A program made the translations under genes and the position numbers. Of a stretch of DNA of 64,000 bases, positions 57,733 to 64,000 are shown one piece after another. Each line of letters begins with the position of its first letter. Position 1 is the stretch's first letter. The DNA lies in contig OZ245011.1 of the NCBI GenBank assembly GCA_965223665.1, positions 2,240,001 through 2,304,000 on the forward strand. Direction: 5' to 3'. Source of the stretch: Nitrospinaceae bacterium. GTDB lineage: Bacteria > Nitrospinota > Nitrospinia > Nitrospinales > Nitrospinaceae. The notes beneath the pieces were generated by a model that was given only the letters and a program-made list of their open reading frames with translations, was not told the DNA's origin and made no database searches.

Positions 57733-58170
57733 TTACGAATTATCTGCTTTAAATAATTCAGTTTCAGGATGAAAAGCAAACCATGCAAACCAAAAACCTT
57801 CTATAGCAGGCAACTCCCTACCTTTATTATCTTTAATGATCCCAGTATTAATCTCATTATCAAAATAAACTCTAATTGAATGTTTTCCGATCTTGTCTTC
57901 AATTGGCAAAGCTGAAAGACTTAACTTTACAAAAGGATTAACTTTTTATTTTCCATTCACCACTATCCCAAGAATTCTGTCACTTTTTTCAAAGAATCCC
58001 TTTTCAACTTTATTAGAATTCAAATATAGAAGGGAGTTTATTGTCGGGATCCCATCCTTGGGAGGACCTCCATTAACAATGTCTCCCAGGGAAACATTGT
58101 GATTGGAAAAATCCCAACCCGACAATCCCGGGAGGGAAACAAGAAAAAAAATTTTTAAATAAGCTTTCAT
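57733..58170 (-). pseudogene. DUF3179-family pseudogene (internal deletion plus in-frame TAA)
   Basis: GGPPKDGIP N-terminal motif, TAA at 57946-57948, same frame continues to FWFAWFAFHPETE C-terminal motif. Confidence 0.75.
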
Positions 58171-58279
58171 TTACCAACCTATATTTTATTGCCGGTTGGT
58201 CGGATGTAATATGTAATTCCTTACAAGTTTTAGAGAGATAAAGAGGATAACTCAGAGTAACTCATTGTAAAGAATATAC

Positions 58280-59554
58280 TTAACATTGGTGATCTTTTGC
58301 AGTTTTTTTGAGGCGATGATAAAAAACATCTTGAATTTCTTTTCGGATTTTTGCCGATTGATATTCAATTAAACTACCGCCGTTCTCAATAAATTGAATC
58401 TGTTCATTCAATTTAACGCACATAGCACTATTATTTTCGTTATTTGCGGCTTTAGCAGCTAACATAAGTTCACAAAATTGTTTCGCTGCTTCAATCGTAT
58501 TCATATACTTTGGATTTATTTGGAGAGATTTGATTCGAATTAAATGCTGAGAAATATCTAAGGCTTTTTGAAACTCGCCTCTTGCATTTAAATAATTACC
58601 ATCTAAAACAAATTGAATAGCTTTCATTACTTTTAATCCTTTATTCCCCAAAAATTCCGGATCTGAAATATTATCAAAGTAAAGGGATTCATACTCTTTA
58701 ATTAGATCTAATGCACGCTTTCTACATTTTTCTCTATGTAAAGGATGATCTTTTTCAAGATCTTTATTGGCAGGGTTAATTTCCTCTGAAATATAAAACC
58801 AAATTAATGTTTTTATCGCTAAGGGCCGAGACATAATTTTAGATTTTAATGCTCGTTCCAGGTACTCCAAACCCAATTGACGATGGTCTTTTCCCCATTG
58901 CATAACAAAATTACCCAATCCCCCCAGACGGGTGTTACCATAACGATAAACTCCTAAACCCACATAAGCATCTGCATGATTCGGATCAAATCTTAATGCA
59001 TCTTCTAAATGATTATCTGCGCTTAACCCATTAATTAATGCCGCAATAAACCTTCCTTGTCCATACGCCATTAAGCCAACATATCCCTCCGAAACACCAA
59101 GAAAAAAATAAGCATCCGCTTTTTGTTGTCGAGTTAAACCGGGTTGATCAAGAATTTCTTTTGCCAGACTCTTTGATTTATCACTATACATAGTAAAATT
59201 ATTTTTAATCTCATCAATTTTAAATTCACCAGTAAAAGACAACGCATGAGTCATTTCCCCATATAAACCGGCAAAATAAAAATAAAATTTCATCAGCTCG
59301 AATTGATTCTTTAATGTTTGAGGTTGCGCCTCTAATTTTTCAATACGTTTTTTAAAACAGGGTATCCATTCATAAAACTTGTAGTACAAAGTATCTACTA
59401 ACGCCTGTTTGGCGAACTCTTCTACCGGCAAAGTATCTTTATTAAGAATTTCTTTTGAGTAAATTCTTTGAGGAATAATTATTAAGACAAGGAAAAAAAT
59501 AAGAAAAGTTCTTATCATAAGTTTCCAATCTAGCTTTTTATTGTTTATAAACAA
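58280..59554 (-). CDS. Exported helical/TPR-like hypothetical protein
   Basis: Signal-like N-terminus; LEDALRFDPNHADAYVGLGVY. Confidence 0.75.
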   Translation of the reverse strand: MFINNKKLDWKLMIRTFLIFFLVLIIIPQRIYSKEILNKDTLPVEEFAKQALVDTLYYKFYEWIPCFKKRIEKLEAQPQTLKNQFELMKFYFYFAGLYGEMTHALSFTGEFKIDEIKNNFTMYSDKSKSLAKEILDQPGLTRQQKADAYFFLGVSEGYVGLMAYGQGRFIAALINGLSADNHLEDALRFDPNHADAYVGLGVYRYGNTRLGGLGNFVMQWGKDHRQLGLEYLERALKSKIMSRPLAIKTLIWFYISEEINPANKDLEKDHPLHREKCRKRALDLIKEYESLYFDNISDPEFLGNKGLKVMKAIQFVLDGNYLNARGEFQKALDISQHLIRIKSLQINPKYMNTIEAAKQFCELMLAAKAANNENNSAMCVKLNEQIQFIENGGSLIEYQSAKIRKEIQDVFYHRLKKTAKDHQC

Positions 59555-59565
59555 AAGATCCGAGC

Positions 59566-61131
59566 TTAATACTTCGAAAGAATTTGCTTCACCTCTTCTG
59601 CTCGGGTGTGGTCACCTATTTTTTTGAATAATTTTTCAGCTTTTCGAAAATGGAAAGAAGATTTTTCATTATCATTCAATGGAGATTCAAAAATTTTTCC
59701 TAAAATAAAATGGGCATCGGCAAAATCCGGGCGGATCCTAATCACTTCCAAAAAAGCTTCAGAAGCCTCTGCATATTGGTTGTTTTCCGTTAATGCCAAG
59801 CCAAGGGCAAAGTGATTCTGCAAAGATTCTGGAGCCAGCTCACTAGCCCTTTCTAAACATTGAACAGCGCCAATCTGATTTTTTACCATACGAAAAGCAG
59901 TTCCAAGATAATAGAAGATAGCAGAATTTTTTGGCTCTTTTAATGCTGCGGATTCCAATAATTGAATCGCTTCCTGGTATTCACTCATTCTAATATAGGC
60001 GGCACCCAAAGCCACTTGAGCATGAATAAATTCCGGATTAATCCTTACTGATTGTTTAAAAGCTCCAATGGCTTTATCAATTTTTCCTAAACCAGCATCT
60101 TCCATATTTCCATAAGCTATTCCCATGTTGTAATAAGCATCTTGAAAGCCCGGCTGAAATGAAATGGCAACTTTATAAGAGCTCACCGCCGATTGATATA
60201 GACCTAAATTATGGAGACGTAACCCCTCTTTAAACCATTCAGCCGCAGCTTTATCTTTTTCCTTTACATCTTGTTTTGAATAATTCAATTGATGTGCAAA
60301 TGTAGCTCTTTGCAGGTTTCCATTTTGAATAAATAATCCTTCGGCTTTTTCTAAAAACTTTTTCTTTCTCCCTGGATTCCTAAGCTTTTTAATATGAAGA
60401 GCTCCCAATTCGTAATAGGCTTCAGCAAATTCGGGACGCAAACGTATTGCATTTTTTAATGCTGTACGTGCTAGAGCATTAAAGCCTAATTCTAAATAAG
60501 CCTGGCCCAACATATAGTAAGATTGAGCTAGGGTTTTTACTTTTCCTCCCAACTCCTTTTCACCTAATCCATCCGGATCCTGGAAGCGACCCAAATTATC
60601 AGAGGCGAAGGTTAACCAATGGTCTGCAATAGTGAAATCAGGCGCAAGCGAAACCCCCTGTTTAAAAGCCTGATAAGATTTTGCTTCTTTTCCCATCATC
60701 CAATAAGCCATAGCCAAATCATAATATATTTGGGGATAATCGGACTTTATCTTAATGGCCTTCTTATAATAATCGACCTCCATTTTATATTTACCCATAT
60801 TTCCACATACGTAACCGAGTAAATGAAATACTGGATAGGCTATAGGTTCTTTTTCTAAAATTTCAGAAAATGATCCAAGCGCCGCTAAATAATTTCCACG
60901 AATACACAAAATGGCTGCATTAGAAAAAGAGGAGGGATCTTTCCATTCATATGGGAAGGTGTCAAATAATGTATCAACCAAACGACCAACCACTTGGTCT
61001 GACATTTGAAACTTTTCAAACTTTTGGACTGTTTCGGGAAATTTTTGTCTTAGTTCTTCCCCCAGGGTGGAAAGAGACTCATCCCCCGTGGAAAAAACAA
61101 CCCGGTTACTTTGGTCTTTTTTTATTTTCAT
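59566..61131 (-). CDS. TPR repeat protein
   Basis: Multiple AxxxLG...AI.l.P TPRs. Confidence 0.88.
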   Translation of the reverse strand: MKIKKDQSNRVVFSTGDESLSTLGEELRQKFPETVQKFEKFQMSDQVVGRLVDTLFDTFPYEWKDPSSFSNAAILCIRGNYLAALGSFSEILEKEPIAYPVFHLLGYVCGNMGKYKMEVDYYKKAIKIKSDYPQIYYDLAMAYWMMGKEAKSYQAFKQGVSLAPDFTIADHWLTFASDNLGRFQDPDGLGEKELGGKVKTLAQSYYMLGQAYLELGFNALARTALKNAIRLRPEFAEAYYELGALHIKKLRNPGRKKKFLEKAEGLFIQNGNLQRATFAHQLNYSKQDVKEKDKAAAEWFKEGLRLHNLGLYQSAVSSYKVAISFQPGFQDAYYNMGIAYGNMEDAGLGKIDKAIGAFKQSVRINPEFIHAQVALGAAYIRMSEYQEAIQLLESAALKEPKNSAIFYYLGTAFRMVKNQIGAVQCLERASELAPESLQNHFALGLALTENNQYAEASEAFLEVIRIRPDFADAHFILGKIFESPLNDNEKSSFHFRKAEKLFKKIGDHTRAEEVKQILSKY

Positions 61132-61362
61132 TGAACTTATGACAATTAGAATTTTAAATGATTATAGAATTTTAAATTAATCTTGGGAAGCCCCGGAAGA
61201 AAAATTTACTGGACTTAATTTTGTTTTATCTGTAGTGGCAAAATTCCCATTGATTTAAAAGGAATTTTTTACAATCCAACTGAAAATATTGACTTTTTCC
61301 TAACCAGCCTTTTTAGACCCTTCATGGACTTTTATCGGGCAAAAAAAGTAGAATTTTAGGGT

Positions 61363-63894
61363 TTATTGATAAACAACTTGTAGATTCTCATCTAACTCAT
61401 TAGGGAGGAACTTGTGATGCGCCAATTTTTTAAGGGCGCCCAAGGAAGGTAGGTGGCCTTGTTCCGCTGCCCGGCGAAACCACTTTGATGCTACATGGGA
61501 ATTTTTTAGAAATCCTTTTCCTTTAAGGTAAAGATTTCCTAATTGATATTGGGAATCGGCATTTCCTTGTTCTGCTGCAAGCCTAAACCATTTTGCCGCT
61601 AACTTGAAATCCTGCTCAATACTTTGACCATTCAAGTAACATTGCCCCAGGAAGGCTTGTGCTTCGGAATTTCCATGTTCTGCAGATTTTTGAAACCAAT
61701 GGATCGCAGTTTTACAATCTCGTCGAATACCCAATCCATTATATAAGTGTTTTCCCAGCTGATATTGAGCTTGATCATGATTTTGTTTGGCTGCCTTTTC
61801 GTACCACTGCCTGCTTTCATTATAGCTTGGAGAAATTCCTTCACCAGTTTCAAATAGAGTTCCCAAATAGTATTGAACCTCAGGAACCCCTGCCCGCGCC
61901 ATTTTAAAAATCCATTCAATGGGCTTATCTTGTATTAATCCTATTTGCCTATCTGTATTTTCACTTGGCAAATCTGAAGATAAACCATTCCCTCTATGAG
62001 AAGCTTTACGGTACCAACGGGCTGCTTGATTAAAGTCTTTTTCAACTCCTCTTCCAATGAAATACATCATTCCTAAATTCTCTTGTGCCGGTTCAAAACC
62101 TTGCTCGGCGGCACGAAAATACCATTGAACCGCTTTCTGATAATTTTGGGAACAGCCAATTCCTTTTTCGTATAATTTTCCCAATTGATTTTGAGCCATG
62201 AGGTTTCCATTCTGGGCGGAACCTTCAATCCACTGAAAACCTGCAGCATCATCCTGTAATTCACCCTGGCCTTTTAAAAACATTTGCCCCAGTCGTAATT
62301 GTGCAAAATCATGCCCCTGATCCGCCGCCTGCCCAAACCAATGCTTGGCTTTAGAATGGTTTTGTTCCACTCCATGCCCATAAAAGTACATACGACCTAA
62401 ATTATATTGACCATACTCATTATTTTGATTTGCTGAAGCCTGATACCAATTGAAAGCTTGATGCAGGTCCTGGTCCACTCCCTTTCCATGAAAAAACATT
62501 CGAGCTAAGTGATACTGTCCAAAACTATCATTATTTTTTGCAGCAATCATAAAATGATTAAAAGCTCTATTAAAGTCCTGAGGTGTCCCTTTTCCATTTT
62601 CCCAAAGAATCCCCAAGAAAATTCTAGCTTCAACTACTCCTTGTTGTGCAGAATGTTCAAACAATAAAGCAGCTGATGCATAACTTTGTAATACACCCTC
62701 TCCCAAAAAGTGCATGACTCCCAAGTTAAATTGAGCTTCTCCATTTTCCTGTTTAGCAGCTTTCTGAAACCAATGAACTGCCTTTAACGAGTTTTGTGAA
62801 ACTCCCATTCCATGGTCATATAAAATTCCTAATAAGTTCTGGGCCTTTGAGTTATTCATAGTGGCAGCTTTCTCTAACCAAACCGCAGCCTGTTCAAAGT
62901 TTTTTTCCTCAAAATAGTGGAGCCCTTTATTTAATACTTCTTCTTCTGTCAGTACAAATTGCCCATTTTTTTTCTCTAGAAACTGTTGAGCTTCGTGATA
63001 ACCCTGTTCCCCAGCTTTACACATCCAATAAAGAGCTTTTTCAATGCTCTTAGAGGTCTTCTTTCCTTCAAAAAGTATGGTCCCTAATTTGAATTGGGCC
63101 AAATCTAGACCCTTTTCCGCAGCTTTTTGATACCAATGGAAGGCCAACTGCAAGTCTTCATTTACTCCCTGACCTTTTTCATACAAATCAGCAAGATTAA
63201 ACATAGCTTCATCATTACCCTGTTCTGCCGCTTTACGGTACCACATCGCTGCCTGATAAAAATTTTGAGAAATACCCTCACCTTTTTCAAGCATCACACC
63301 CAGTTGATTTTGAGCAAGAGGATTGCCCTTTTCTGCTACCTGTTGAAAACAATGACAAGCCATGTCCAATTTTTTAGGAGTTCCCTTTCCATAATAATAC
63401 ATACGGCCTAAATTGAATTGAGCCTCTTCATTCCCCTGTTCTGCCGCTAAACGGTACCAACGAAACCCTTCCTCATTATCCAAAGAAACTCCTAATCCTT
63501 GTTCATATTGAATACCTAAGAATCCCTGCGCCTTTGCATTCCCCTGATCTGCAGAAAGCCAAAACCAGTGAAACGCTTCTTTAAAATTCTTTTCTACTCC
63601 GACTCCCTTAAAATACATTACACCAATATTGTATTGAGCCGTCGCATTACCTTGTTCCGCTTCTTTGAACCAATTAGTTACATCTTTGTATTCAATGGAG
63701 GGCAAATCCCCTTTTGCGGGGCGGTACACCAAATCTAAATTTTGCCCACCTTTATTGTTAAATAAAAAATCAATTCCTCTTCTGGAAATTCCTAGGGATT
63801 TATCAATAAGAGCAAGGCTGGAGCTTTTCTTATTACTTTTTTGCAAAATTTCCTGGCTGGGTTCTAAGATAGTTTTATTCATATAAAAGTACAA
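61363..63894 (-). CDS. Sel1-like repeat protein
   Basis: About 19 AQxxLGxxYxxGxGV...WyxxAAxQG repeats. Confidence 0.93.
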   Translation of the reverse strand: MYFYMNKTILEPSQEILQKSNKKSSSLALIDKSLGISRRGIDFLFNNKGGQNLDLVYRPAKGDLPSIEYKDVTNWFKEAEQGNATAQYNIGVMYFKGVGVEKNFKEAFHWFWLSADQGNAKAQGFLGIQYEQGLGVSLDNEEGFRWYRLAAEQGNEEAQFNLGRMYYYGKGTPKKLDMACHCFQQVAEKGNPLAQNQLGVMLEKGEGISQNFYQAAMWYRKAAEQGNDEAMFNLADLYEKGQGVNEDLQLAFHWYQKAAEKGLDLAQFKLGTILFEGKKTSKSIEKALYWMCKAGEQGYHEAQQFLEKKNGQFVLTEEEVLNKGLHYFEEKNFEQAAVWLEKAATMNNSKAQNLLGILYDHGMGVSQNSLKAVHWFQKAAKQENGEAQFNLGVMHFLGEGVLQSYASAALLFEHSAQQGVVEARIFLGILWENGKGTPQDFNRAFNHFMIAAKNNDSFGQYHLARMFFHGKGVDQDLHQAFNWYQASANQNNEYGQYNLGRMYFYGHGVEQNHSKAKHWFGQAADQGHDFAQLRLGQMFLKGQGELQDDAAGFQWIEGSAQNGNLMAQNQLGKLYEKGIGCSQNYQKAVQWYFRAAEQGFEPAQENLGMMYFIGRGVEKDFNQAARWYRKASHRGNGLSSDLPSENTDRQIGLIQDKPIEWIFKMARAGVPEVQYYLGTLFETGEGISPSYNESRQWYEKAAKQNHDQAQYQLGKHLYNGLGIRRDCKTAIHWFQKSAEHGNSEAQAFLGQCYLNGQSIEQDFKLAAKWFRLAAEQGNADSQYQLGNLYLKGKGFLKNSHVASKWFRRAAEQGHLPSLGALKKLAHHKFLPNELDENLQVVYQ

Positions 63895-64000
63895 TCCGAA
63901 GCTAGATTTTTAATTCTTAATTTTAAAGTCGCAATTTTTTCGTCAACCTCATTTGACATATCCTGAAGAACATCTTGTCCTTGCCGTTCACATTCATTTG

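Noticed and set aside
57946-57948. Selenocysteine recoding in the DUF3179 gene
   Set aside because: The in-frame stop is TAA, not TGA
61363-63894. Sel1 repeats as a diversifying array
   Set aside because: Repeats are diverged at DNA level, as in ordinary Sel1 proteins

Overview
The window has three zones. (1) 1-12046 is an accessory/defence island. It holds an AbiJ-like HEPN gene (cut by the window edge), a secreted endonuclease I, Shedu (SduA), a 2-TM orphan and a Dcm-Vsr-EcoRII-type R-M operon. Several of these genes are bracketed by a recurring palindromic motif (AAYRTCYGCTTTT ... CGACCCAAAGCRRRCAT). Two paralogous genes follow, each encoding a GDKxx-pentapeptide N-terminus, a coiled coil and a hypervariable array of 42-aa TPR repeats. 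(2) 12063-39196 is a minus-strand lambdoid siphovirus prophage abutting the 3' end of tRNA-Glu. It has a replication initiator with a C-terminal DnaA domain I, a Mor-like gene, two low-GC cargo genes, a lambda-like cos site, a complete head/tail module with a gpG/gpGT frameshift, and fibre/spike genes. No integrase, repressor or endolysin is visible in the window. (3) 39197-64000 is AT-rich host chromosome: tRNA-Glu/tRNA-Lys, ilvE, an NtrB/NtrC-like pair, two M14 deacylases, an in-frame MiaA-TM-TPR-lytic transglycosylase fusion, ECF sigma/anti-sigma/ArsM-like genes, gnd-zwf-pgl, DedA, a DUF3179 pseudogene and TPR/Sel1 proteins. The best candidates for undescribed biology are the phage-end-linked hypervariable TPR receptors with an amyloid-like motif and the palindrome-bracketed defence gene cassettes. 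All family calls come from motif recognition by eye, with no database search.
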